A stretch of 63,702 bases of DNA, filler included, from Octopus bimaculoides (Eukaryota), in the NCBI RefSeq assembly GCF_001194135.2. It is 6 parts of 4 records of this genome, joined end to end, with 100 filler letters (N's around TTAATTAATTAA, not from the genome) between each part and the next. Parts side by side here need not be neighbours in the genome. Positions count along the whole stretch, not along the records: positions 34,296 to 54,979 come from NC_068982.1; positions 55,080 to 58,313 come from NW_026324809.1; positions 58,414 to 62,104 come from NC_068983.1; 3 more parts are not named here. The stretch is one strand, 5' to 3'. Shown one piece after another: positions 48,261 through 60,479 of the stretch. Under the pieces are notes generated by a model, which worked only from the letters and a program-made list of their open reading frames with translations, made no database searches and had not been told where the DNA came from. Within the stretch, counting starts at the first letter, position 1. Every line of letters begins with the position of its first letter. Both the position numbers and the translations under genes were made by a program.

Positions 48261-51200
48261 TATATAAACAAAGAGTTATTAATGAAGGATTATCAGTCTG
48301 GTCAAAATACTTTATAAGCTTTCTGTTAATACAAATACACCAGACTAACAAAATGTTTTACATTAGTAAAGAACTCCATGTATGCTTATGACAAATTCTG
48401 AGGTTTGTAGTTTGTCCCCATTCTCTATTGTAAACCCATGGCTGTTTTCCCTGTTATGCTGGTCCTTTACACAGAATGACATCCAAGGCAAGGTATAAAT
48501 AATAGACATTACATATTGTTTATTAAATAATGGTCATTACATATTGTCATTACAAGGTTTATCATTTGTTTGTGTATGTATACACACAATATATGCATGT
48601 GCGTGTACATCTTGTTTGTAAATATATACACGTGTATAAATAAGGCAGAACTAGTTTGGTGCCCCCCCCCCCCAAAAAAAAATTTGTTTCCTTATAACTT
48701 CCTAAAAAATACATTTTTAACGGCAGTAGTAAATTCGACTTACAACTGTTTCGGATAGTTATTATAAGTTCATTCATAAGGCCGTGAGCGGGCAGAATCG
48801 TTAGCATGCCGGGTGAAATGCTTAGCGGTATTTCATCTGCCGCTATGTTCTAAGTTCAAATTCTGCTGAGGTCGACTTTGCCTTTCATCCTTTTGAGGTC
48901 CGTAAATTAAGTACCAGTTGTGTACTGGGCTCGATCTAATCGACTGGCCCCCACATCCCCCAAAATTTCAGGCCTTGTGCCTATAGTAGAGACAATTATA
49001 AGTCCATTCATTGGTCGGTTTATCGTCATCAGAGACATAAGATACTGTGACTGATGATGATAACATTTGTTTTTTAAGGACGTTCAGTTTACTCAATCAG
49101 TCAATCAATTGACTGATTGAGTAAACTGATCAATGATGAATGAACCAATAATAACTACTGGAAACAACTGTAAGTCGAGTTTACTACAATAAAGGAATAC
49201 ATACTACTTTTGGAGTAGTTCACGTATATTCTTTACCACAATATTACCCATGATCTTTCAACTTCACTTTATTAATTGTTCAAGTCTTGACATTTGTTGT
49301 ACTTATGGCTGTGCTTCTTGTTCTTATCATTGTTGTTCTTGCTTCCCTGAGCTGTTTTGTTGCTGTAGTAATTGCTGTCATTTTTGTTGTTACTGAGACT
49401 ACCACTGCTTTTCTCTTTGTGATAAAAGACTTGACGATATCCTTCGTATGTTCTACCCTAGATCATATTCTTTTATTTGCTTCAGCCATCTTGACTGCAG
49501 CCCATGCTGGAGCACCCCCCTTTAGTCGAACAAACTGATCCCACGACTTATTCTTTGTAAGCCTGGTACTTATTCTATCGTTCTCTTTTGCCGAACTACT
49601 AAGTTACAGGGATATGAACACACCAACATCGGATGTCAAGCGATGGCGGGGTACAAATACAGATACACAAACACACACACACACACACATGCATATATAC
49701 GACGGGCTTCTTTCAGTTTCCGGCTACCAAATCCACTCACAAGGCTTTGGTCGACCCTAGGCTATAGCGGAAGACACTCGCCAAGGTGAATTTCTAATTT
49801 TCTGTAGTTGTCATTGATATATGCAAATTCATTTGAATCCTACATGGCTGATGGTGATGGTGGTGGTGGTTGCAGTGGTGGTGGTGATGGTGGGGCAACT
49901 TGGTGAGCAATTTAATTTGAAAATGATTATGACTTTCCTTGATATATGTTCCGAGAAGATTGCTCTACCTATGTATAATGGGACTTAATGTAATTCTCAA
50001 CCTCACATTGTGACAGTATTGTTTTTATTGCCTCTCCCATCATGTTGCAAACGTCCACCAGAGTCTATTACGTTAGACTGTTTCTCACGAACCAATATAT
50101 GGCACTCCTCTTCATGTACCATTTACAGACCATTATGTGTTTAAACATTTTCTCAACTTTTAGAGTTGAATTTATTGGGAGAGAGATCAGTATATAATGA
50201 TTCTGTTACACTTGTCTTCTACAATTTTCTAATTTACTCTGAACTGGGAATCACTTTGAACTACTTTTCCTAGGTGGGCTGGGTGACTACGTAGAAACTC
50301 ATTAGCTTGTAAAGATCGTTAGCTAAACAATCATCATGTTTGTAGGTGTATAAGATGCATGCTTGAATAAGACAAACCTCTACATTTTTGTGGAAAACAA
50401 TATATTTTGTTTCGTTTTTGGATTTGGTTTGCAAGATTCTTCATGTGAATTCGTGTGTTGAAGCATATTTTATTGTGTCTGGGGAGAGTCATTCTCTTTT
50501 AGCGCCTTATTAATTTAACACACTCACTGGTTCAGTTTCCACTCGTCTACTTATTTATTTATTTATAGAAAAAATAAATAAACTGGGCAAGATGGCGAGA
50601 TAATCATCGGACAAAATGATGTCGAGCCAAAAGACATGGATAAAAAGACGTTTGACATAGCACCCTTTCCAGTTTATTGTTTAGCTCTGAAGAAATTAAA
50701 ACGACCGCATCAGAGCAAAATATTTTGTGTGGAGGTGGTGTGTAGCTTAATGGTTAGGGATGTTGGACTCATGATCATAAGATTGTGGTTTCAATTTCTG
50801 GACTGGACAATGTGTTGTGTTCTTGAGCTAAACTCTTCATTTAAAATTACACCAGTCCACTCAGCTGGCAAAAATGACTATTCCTGTGACAGACCAGCTT
50901 CCCTCACCCACCCAGGGGGGAATATATGAGCCATGGAAACCGGGAAACCGGGAAACCAGCCCTATGAATCTGTATGACTTAGGAAAGATCTTCAGAATAT
51001 TCTACCTGTTTTATGTTCAAGCTGGCCAGGTCTGACCTCTCACACCTACCCTACAATCCCATTGTAATAATAAATGGTCACGTCATTGGAATCTTGAAGC
51101 TATGGGATAATGAATGATTAATTAAAATAATTTTGCAAATCATATGTTCGACTAAAGGCGGTGCTCCAGCATGGCCACAGTCAAAATGACTGACACAAAT

Positions 51201-51911
51201 AAAAGAATAAATAAGCATTGCATTTGACAGAAAGGTTTGATACCAGGTCAGCCATAACATAGCCAGGCTATGATCTAAGTCATTCTAACCATGACCACCT
51301 CATCATTTTAGGGGTGTCTGTAGGGCTACATTATTCAACATGTTGTTACCTTATTTAGGATAGTAGGGTGTGAACTGAGGAAGATTTGACTACCATTTCT
51401 CACTACCATACAGCAGAAATCCCATTTTCTAGTATGGCTACAACACAACCAGGCAAAGTGTGACAGTGGATGCTCTTCCGAGCTTATCTTTAGGAGTGCA
51501 AATCTTTGATCAGAGTTTATAACTTTTATCTTTAACTGGTTTGAATCATTGGACTGCGGTCATGCTGGAGCATCATGCTGAAGAATTTTTTAAGACTAGT
51601 AATTATTTTATCGGTTCTTTTGCTGAACCACTAAGTTACAAGAATGTAAACACAATGCACCGATTGTCAAATTGTGGTAGGGTATGAACACAGGCACAAA
51701 CACACACACACACACACACACGTGCATACATACACACATACATATGTATAATATATATATAACCTTGTCGTCATCATCACCGTCGTCATCATCATCATCA
51801 TCATCATCATTTAACATTTATTGTCCATGCTGGCTTGGGTTGGATGGTTTGACCAGAGCTGGCAAGCTTAAAAGGCTGCACCAGACTCCAGTCTAGTCTT
51901 GCATGGTTTCT

Positions 51912-52149
51912 TATTTCTTTATTGCCCATAGGGGGCTAAACATAGGGGCGGCAAACAAGGACAGACAAAGGGATTAAGTTGATTACATCGATCCCAGTGC
52001 ATAACTGGTACTTAATTTATCGAAACCGAAAGGATGAAAGGCAAAGTCGACCTTAGCAGAGTTTGAACTCAAACGAAACGGTAGACGAAATACCGCTAAG
52101 CATTTCGTCTGGCATGCTAACGTTTCTGCCAGCTCACCACCTTCTAATT
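51912..52149 (-). mobile_element. Family-A SINE inserted into a family-D element with a 13-bp TSD
   Basis: TTGCATGGTTTCT at 51899-51911 and 52150-52162. The host element resumes (ACAGCTGGATGCCC) right after. Confidence 0.88.
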
Positions 52150-53946
52150 TTGCATGGTTTCTACAGCTGGATGCCCTTGACTGGCACCTGAGCCAGTGCA
52201 AAGCTAACAGCACCATCTGAGTGGGATCACTGCCAGAGTAGCGGTCTCGCTTCCGTGCCGGTGGCACATAAAAAGCACCATTTGAGCGCGATCATTTCCA
52301 CCTTTGCCTTACTGGCACTCGTGCAGGTGGCATGTGAACAAAACATTGGACTAACTCCTGTGCAGGTGGCACGTAAAAAACACTTTTTGAGCGTGGCTGT
52401 TGCCAGTACCACCAGACTGGCCCTCGTGCCTGTGGCACGTAAAAAGCACCGACTACACTCTCGGAGTGGTTGGTGTTAGGAAGGGCATCCAGCTGGAGAA
52501 ACTCTGCCAGATCAGATTGGTGTCTGGTGCAGCCATCTGGTTCACCAGTCACCAGCCAAATCGTCCAACCCAAGCTAGCATGGAAAGCAGATGTTAAATG
52601 ATGATGATATGTATACATATACAGGCTTCTTTTCAGTTTCCGTCTACCAAATCCACTTATAAGTCTTTGGTTGTCCAGAGGCTATAGTAGAAAACATTTG
52701 CCCAGGGTGCCACCCAATGAGACTGAACCTGGGGGCTATGTGGTTAAGAAACAATCTTCTTAACACCACTATCACACCTGCAGCTATGTGGTTGTTGGTT
52801 CTGCTGTTATTCAGGTTGAGTGGGTGTGTCAGTAATTATTCAAGGTTGATTTGCAAATATGCCTCCATGTTTGACATTGATGGAGCACAGTAATTTTTGT
52901 TATTCATACCGTCACTTAGCTTAACCTATGGTGGTGGTAGCGGTGGTGTTGGTGCTGGTATGTTGGGGGTGGTGGTGGCTGAAGGCTATGTAGTCAAAAT
53001 GGTAACTTGTTGAGGATCCTTGTTTTTTTTCTGCTTTAGTCTTCAATGTAGGCAAATCCACTGTTAGTCTCTGGCAAAGCTGTCATCATCCATATCATCA
53101 CCACCACCACCACCACCATCACCACCACCGATACCACTGCCATCGCCGCCACCAGCACCAGCACCAGCACCATTGCCACTATAAGCACTGCTGCTGCGGC
53201 ATCCGCTGCTGCTACCGCCGCTGCTGCTACCGCCGCTGCTGCTACCGCCGCTGCTGCTACCGCCGCTGCAGCTGCTATCACAGCAGCTGCTACTGCTACT
53301 GCTGCCACCGCTGTTTCTAGTGCTGCTATAACTTCTGCTGCTGCAGCTGCCTCTGGTGCTGCTGTTGTCACTACTGTCACCACTGTCACTGCTTTCACCT
53401 CTACTACCTCATTCTCTGCCACTTTTTCCACTGCTNNNNNNNNNNNNNNNNNNNNNNNNNNNNNNNNNNNNNNNNNNNNNNNNNNNNNNNNNNNNNNNNN
53501 NNNNNNNNNNNNNNNNNNNNNNNNNNNNNNNNNNNNNNNNNNNNNNNNNNNNNNNNNNNNNNNNNNNNNNNNNNNNNNNNNNNNNNNNNNNNNNNNNNNN
53601 NNNNNNNNNNNNNNNNNNNNNNNNNNNNNNNNNNNNNNNNNNNNNNNNNNNNNNNNNNNNNNNNNNNNNNNNNNNNNNNNNNNNNNNNNNNNNNNNNNNN
53701 NNNNNNNNNNNNNNNNNNNNNNNNNNNNNNNNNNNNNNNNNNNNNNNNNNNNNNNNNNNNNNNNNNNNNNNNNNNNNNNNNNNNNNNNNNNNNNNNNNNN
53801 NNNNNNNNNNNNNNNNNNNNNNNNNNNNNNNNNNNNNNNNNNNNNNNNNNNNNNNNNNNNNNNNNNNNNNNNNNNNNNNNNNNNNNNNNNNNNNNNNNNN
53901 NNNNNNNNNNNNNNNNNNNNNNNNNNNNNNNNNNNNACAAACACAT

Positions 53947-53996
<50 letters not shown>

Positions 53997-54884
53997 GATG
54001 GGCTTCTTTCAGTTTCCGTTTACCAAATCCACTCGCAAGGCTTTGGTTGGCCTGAGGCTATAGTAGAAGACACTTGCCCAAAGTGCCACGCAGTGGGACT
54101 GAACCCGGAACCATGTGGTTGGTAAGCAAGCTACTTACCACACAGCCACTCCTACGCCTACGATGCTTATTTTTAATTGATCCAGGAGTACGAAACCCGA
54201 ATCAGAGCTGAGTGTGATTTGAACACATGAAGAACTTAAGAAATAAGAGAGAGAAGGAGAGGAAATGATTAAGACTTCAAGGCATTTATTCCAGCATTCT
54301 ACAGCTTTTTGGCAACTCAGTAATAATATTAATGTAACCGATAATAATCTGCAGCCCAATATCAGAATCATAAAGAGCAGATGTCAAAATGATAATGATT
54401 TTTTAGAATATTTAAGCAGCAATCATACATAGTGGAGGTTTACTCAGAGGACACTTATTATTTCCACCATTAAAGTAATGCATTCCATTCCTTGTGCAGC
54501 TCAACTGATTCTTAGCCCCTAATTAGTTATAAGATACAGCATCCCTTTTAAAAGAAACCTCCCAAGGTATTTACTATTACCAAATATATCGAGTAAGTCT
54601 AAATATTTCTGATTCTCACAAGGATAAGTGATGGTAACTTGATATATTAAGGAACACTGAGGAGGCAAATGTACTTTACTCCTCCAGAAATACCTTGTTG
54701 TTGTGTTAACTTAACGCTTAGACTATTATATAAGTTCACCTAACATTATTTGAGTGGAAAGAAGAATTTACCAGTTGAACAGCTACGTGCAAGATATGTT
54801 TCTGAACAGTTTAAAAGACTGAAATTGTCAGTGACATTTCATTGTAAAATCAGATTATACTATATCAAACCCTATTAAAAGTAG

Positions 54885-54923
<39 letters not shown>

Positions 54924-54946
54924 AGATATATAGATATATGTAGATG

Positions 54947-54979
<33 letters not shown>

Positions 54980-55079
54980 NNNNNNNNNNNNNNNNNNNNN
55001 NNNNNNNNNNNNNNNNNNNNNNNTTAATTAATTAANNNNNNNNNNNNNNNNNNNNNNNNNNNNNNNNNNNNNNNNNNNN

Positions 55080-55509
55080 CACATTCCAGAAGCTACTTTG
55101 AACATAATGCAAAATGGTGCATCGACATCAATTGCCCAATCTGATAGAATTCTGGCAGAACTGTGTAGCAACAAATCGCCAGCAATTGCTTCATCAGAAA
55201 TTGCCATCCTACCTCCAGCGAAAAGGAATTACCCTGCTATGTATAATCAAGGCAGCGCAAAAAGTTGTTTTGCACAAGCATTTGTATAGCCAATTAGATG
55301 GATGAAATTTACATACACTTAATAATGTTGGGCAAAATAGCCTTCATACTTACCCTATTAATTTCATCGTCTTTTGAATTATGAACATATTTACATCATA
55401 AGAGTTTTTTCGTTGTAAGGCTTTCTTTTTTAGTTGATTTTCACCTAGCAAGACTTATCGCAGATGGCATAATAAGTCACACCCGGACAACGTTGGGTTA
55501 TACTGCTAG
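55080..55509 (+). mobile_element. Helitron 3' fragment with Pif1-helicase relic and CTAG terminus
   Basis: RILAELCSNKSPAIASSEIAILPP resembles the Helitron ILAxVR..AIAVASSGIAATLLP motif. It ends ACCCGGACAACGTTGGGT-TATACTG-CTAG|T (subterminal hairpin, CTAG, T target base). Confidence 0.7.
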
Positions 55510-55588
55510 TATGTATATATATATATATATTTCCAAGGTTTCAAATTCGTATATTTAAAAACGATAGAGACTTTCAATACGACCGATT

Positions 55589-56024
55589 TTTATTCCATTT
55601 ATTTAATTATTTACCATTCGATGTCAACATTTCTGTGCTCAACTCTATCCAGCGACTGATCCGTTGGATGTCTGACGTTTGGCACTTCCTCAGGAATGGC
55701 TTCCATTAGAACAAATGACCAAAAACACAATTATCTATCAGAACAGATTATTAAAAATTATTTAACTATACCATTCTTCCGCCATGCTGTCTTGGTTATG
55801 TTTTGATCAAAACATAACCAAGATAGCATGGCGGAAGAATGGTATAGTTAAATAATTTTTAATAATCTGTTCTGATAGATAATTGTGTTTTTGGTCATTT
55901 GTTCTAATGGAAGCCATTCCTGAGGAAGTGCCAAACGTCAGACATCCAACGGATCAGTCGCTGGATAGAGTTGAGCACAGAAATGTTGACATCGAATGGT
56001 AAATAATTAAATAAATGGAATAAA
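55589..56024. repeat. Spacerless palindrome, 218-bp arms, one mismatch seen, centred on TTTTGA|TCAAAA
   Basis: The right arm is the reverse complement of the left up to the gap at 56025. The only difference seen is GCTGTCTTGG vs GCTATCTTGG. Confidence 0.92.
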
Positions 56025-56744
56025 NNNNNNNNNNNNNNNNNNNNNNNNNNNNNNNNNNNNNNNNNNNNNNNNNNNNNNNNNNNNNNNNNNNNNNNNNNNN
56101 NNNNNNNNNNNNNNNNNNNNNNNNNNNNNNNNNNNNNNNNNNNNNNNNNNNNNNNNNNNNNNNNNNNNNNNNNNNNNNNNNNNNNNNNNNNNNNNNNNNN
56201 NNNNNNNNNNNNNNNNNNNNNNNNNNNNNNNNNNNNNNNNNNNNNNNNNNNNNNNNNNNNNNNNNNNNNNNNNNNNNNNNNNNNNNNNNNNNNNNNNNNN
56301 NNNNNNNNNNNNNNNNNNNNNNNNNNNNNNNNNNNNNNNNNNNNNNNNNNNNNNNNNNNNNNNNNNNNNNNNNNNNNNNNNNNNNNNNNNNNNNNNNNNN
56401 NNNNNNNNNNNNNNNNNNNNNNNNNNNNNNNNNNNNNNNNNNNNNNNNNNNNNNNNNNNNNNNNNNNNNNNNNNNNNNNNNNNNNNNNNNNNNNNNNNNN
56501 NNNNNNNNNNNNNNNNNNNNNNNNNNNNNNNNNNNNNNNNNNNNNNNNNNNNNNNNNNNNNNNNNNNNNNNNNNNNNNNNNNNNNNNNNNNNNNNNNNNN
56601 NNNNNNNNNNNNNNNNNNNNNNNNNNNNNNNNNNNNNNNNNNNNNNNNNNNNNNNNNNNNNNNNNNNNNNNNNNNNNNNNNNNNNNNNNNNNNNNNNNNN
56701 NNNNNNNNNNNNNNNNNNNNNNNNNNNNNNNNNNNNNNNNNNNA

Positions 56745-58182
56745 TATAATCAAAATGAGCAACAGGATATCCAGAGGTGATGCAGTACAACTGTTTCAAG
56801 CGCCTCCATTTAATTGATTAATGCAATCATTACATCAATTTAAATGCAGAGCTTTCCTCAGCTGCATAAATAAATAAATAGAATTAATTTAATCAGTCGG
56901 ACACATTTGTATAATTTTACTTAATCCTCTAAAAGGGTAAAAAGACAAAGTTCATGCTGTTTTCATAATTAATATATAGTTAGCATGTTCTATAGCCTTC
57001 CTCTAGTAAATACCAGGTATCAGTCTTTATAGATACCACCTAAGAAATAAATAATAAAGTTTTAAATGATTGAATTATTAAACAAATTCTATATAACCTC
57101 TTTTCTATTGATGGTAATAAGGCATATATACTTTGTCATGGTTTTAGTGATTAAACTATTTATTCTTTTTTATAGTGTTCTACCCTACTGATCATATTAT
57201 TTTTATATTAGCCTTTATGTAAGTAAACCTATTTTTTGTACCCTAGAAATTTATATTAGCTTGTATATAATAGCACCAATAACTTTACAACTTATAATAT
57301 ACCTCTTACATTATAATTAATATATCAATAGCATGTTCTATTGCCCCAATGTTCCTTTATTAAATGCCAGTAAATGCCAGTGATCAGTCTTCATAGATCC
57401 ACCTAATAAGTAAATATTTAAGTATATGAATAAATATTAAACTAATTCTATGTAATTTTTTCTCTCTCCATTGTTGTAAATTTTGGTATATACTCAAAAT
57501 TATTCAAAAATTTATCCTTTTGGTTATAATATTTTCTTAATATTTTTTCTTGATAACCCTAAATTTTATCTTTATGTAATATAACATTGTTGAAATCATT
57601 CAACTATAGTACCCCATAATAAAAATTTCCCCTGTATTATCATCATTGGTTTTATTAGAGTCTTGCCCCTTTAACTGGTAATTAACATCTTGATTTAAGA
57701 TCTTCCTTTACCAAACCTCATTATAGCCAGTTACTTTATGCTACTTCAAAATAATCTTGACAAGTTTTATGACTATACCCACTATGATTCTGTCAACTCC
57801 CTCATGCCCCTTCCTAACAGATACTGCTCTATAGTCTTAGATTTTGATACACAAAGATTTGGTAAACAAGACTATGAATCAAAACCGATCCAGTGACAAG
57901 CTAGAACCTGAACAACTTTCTTTTTTCCTGATGTATTAGTAGCTCTAAGCTGAAGTGAAAACAGCATGGACTTTGTCTGTCTTCTTACCCTCTTAGAGGA
58001 TTTAAGTAAAATTATACAAATGTGTCTGACTGATTAAATTAATCCTATTTATTTATTTATGCAGCTGAGGATAGCTCTGCATTTAAATTGATGTAATGAT
58101 TGCATTGTTCAATTAAATGGAGGTGCTTCAAACCGTTGTACTGCATCACCTCTGGATATCCTGTTGCTTATTTTGATTTTAT
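56745..58182. mobile_element. Non-autonomous TIR element with long (at least ~220-bp) inverted arms and AT-rich interior
   Basis: 56745-56963 is the diverged reverse complement of 57958-58182 (CAACAGGATATCCAGAGGTGATGCAGTAC / GTACTGCATCACCTCTGGATATCCTGTTG). The left terminus is probably in the gap. Confidence 0.8.
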
Positions 58183-58413
58183 TCACCTTATTTTGAAATT
58201 GTACGGATAATACCGCACTAATTTTTGGTGCTTCAACTCAAGTACCTAATTTATGTGAATCTCAATTATTTTGCTTAACTTGCCAACCAAATGTATATAT
58301 ATATATATATATANNNNNNNNNNNNNNNNNNNNNNNNNNNNNNNNNNNNNNNNNNNNTTAATTAATTAANNNNNNNNNNNNNNNNNNNNNNNNNNNNNNN
58401 NNNNNNNNNNNNN

Positions 58414-58727
58414 TGCACCATTTTGAGCGTGGCCGTTGCCAGTACCGCCTGACTGGCTCCTGTAGGATTTTCGAGCGAGATCGTTGCCAGTGCCCCTGGA
58501 CTGGCTTGTGCGGGTGGCACATAAAAGACACCATTTCGAGCGTGGCCGTTTTCGTGCGGGTGACACGTAAAAGCACCCACTACACTCTCTGAGTGGTTGG
58601 CGTTAGGAAGGGCATCCAGCTGTAGAAACTCTGCCAAATCAGACTGGAGTCTGGTGTTGCCATCCGGTTTCACCAGTCCTCAGTCAAATCGTCCAACCCA
58701 TGCTAGCATGGAAAGCGGACGTTAAAC

Positions 58728-58757
<30 letters not shown>
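58414..58757 (+). mobile_element. SINE family D copy with RTE 3' end and (GAT)n tail
   Basis: Near-identical to 36385-36680 and 61617-61762. Confidence 0.88.
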
Positions 58758-58758
<1 letters not shown>

Positions 58759-60479
58759 TATGTATGTATACGTATACACACATGTATGTATGTGTGCAAA
58801 GTGGTTCCTTCAGTTTCCTTCTACCAAAAACACTCACAAAGCATTGGTTGGCCTGGAGCCATGGTAGAAAACACTTGGCTATATTGGCCACACAGTAAAA
58901 TTGAACCTGAAACCATGCTGTTGGGGAAGCAAACTTCAAAACCACACAACCATACCCATGCTTAAATGTAACATACAAAAAGGTGAGGTAGCACCTTGAG
59001 CATTAGCAACCAATAACATAAAGTAGTAATGACATTGTTACTAGTATGTACTAATTCCATTATATGCTATCTTGCTCTTCCATAATAACAGTTTCCAGTA
59101 AGAGTTCACAAGAGCATTTATTTCGTAAATGTACTTCCATAGTATTTATAGTCCAACTACATGTTTATTGATTACAGTTGTCTGAACATTGCAAATGGAT
59201 CAACGACCTACATTGTATGCTAACCTACACATGACTTGATCAAACATCCCTCCTGCAATACGAGATTCTTTGTCTTATTTATTATCTCATGCTTTTCTGT
59301 CTTTCTTTCTTTCTCTTCCTCTATTTTTCTCAGTCTGTCTGTCTGTCTATCAGTCTGTCTCTTTCTGTATACAAATACATACATACATACATACATGCAT
59401 GCTGACATACATACACACACATAAATGCATACATACACATACATATGCATACATGCATACACACATACATACATGCATGCTGACATACATACACACACAT
59501 ACATGCATACATACACATACAAATACATACATGCATACATACATACACACATGCATACATACATGCATACATATGCACATACACAATACATACATGTATA
59601 CATACATATATACACACATATATGCATATATGCATGCATACATACATACACGCATACATACATATATGCATACATGCATACATACATACACATACATACA
59701 TACACACACATACACACATGCATACATACATACACACACATATATGCATACAGGCATACATACATACACACACACACACACATAAATACATACATACATA
59801 CATATATGCACACACACACATACCATATAATAAAAAGGAGGAAATAAGGATGAGAATATAGAAACAAATATAAATACACAAACATGCAAAGAAAAACGAA
59901 AGAATATCAAAATATTGAAAATGGAATAAAATAAAGGGATTTTCATTTTGTTTTGCTGTTTCATCATTGCCAATCTCTCTCACGCCATGTCTTCGTCTCT
60001 CCCTGTTTCTTTCTTTCTCTTTCTCGCCACCCACTCTTATCTGTCTCTTATAGAAAGTCAATTTATATTTTCGAATACAAATACTACACACAAATGTCAT
60101 ATTCCAATCTGTTGGACAGAAATTGTCTTACTTATACCATCTCCTTTCTTTGTTTCTTTTCTCTCTCTTGTTCTTGACTTTCATTCTATTTTAGTTGTCT
60201 TTCTTCTTTTTCTTTTTACCATTTTCTAAATTTCTCCAACGTCTGTAGCAAGTTGTCACCTTCAATTTGTCCTTTTTGAGAACTGGTAAAGAGATCATGT
60301 TACATTTGCACGACAAAAGACTCAGATATTGATAATCATCCACACATTTCCTGCTCAGTTTTCTACTCATGAATACCCATGAAGCTCTACATGTCGCTAG
60401 CTATAGATTCTCCAAGATAGAGCTTCACTTCTACAGACAGTCCTTATTAATGGTATTAGTTTATAGAATCCTAATAAGT

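Noticed and set aside
53036-53435. Poly-Ala or antifreeze-like protein on the minus strand
   Set aside because: Cryptic CTG/CAC trinucleotide tract with no splice signals, and the ORF start depends on crossing an N-gap.
54186-54230. Terminal exon of the CNB gene (ccag|EYETRIRAECDLNT*)
   Set aside because: The acceptor is plausible but all three frames stop within 15 codons and there is no CNB similarity. Cannot be supported without cDNA.
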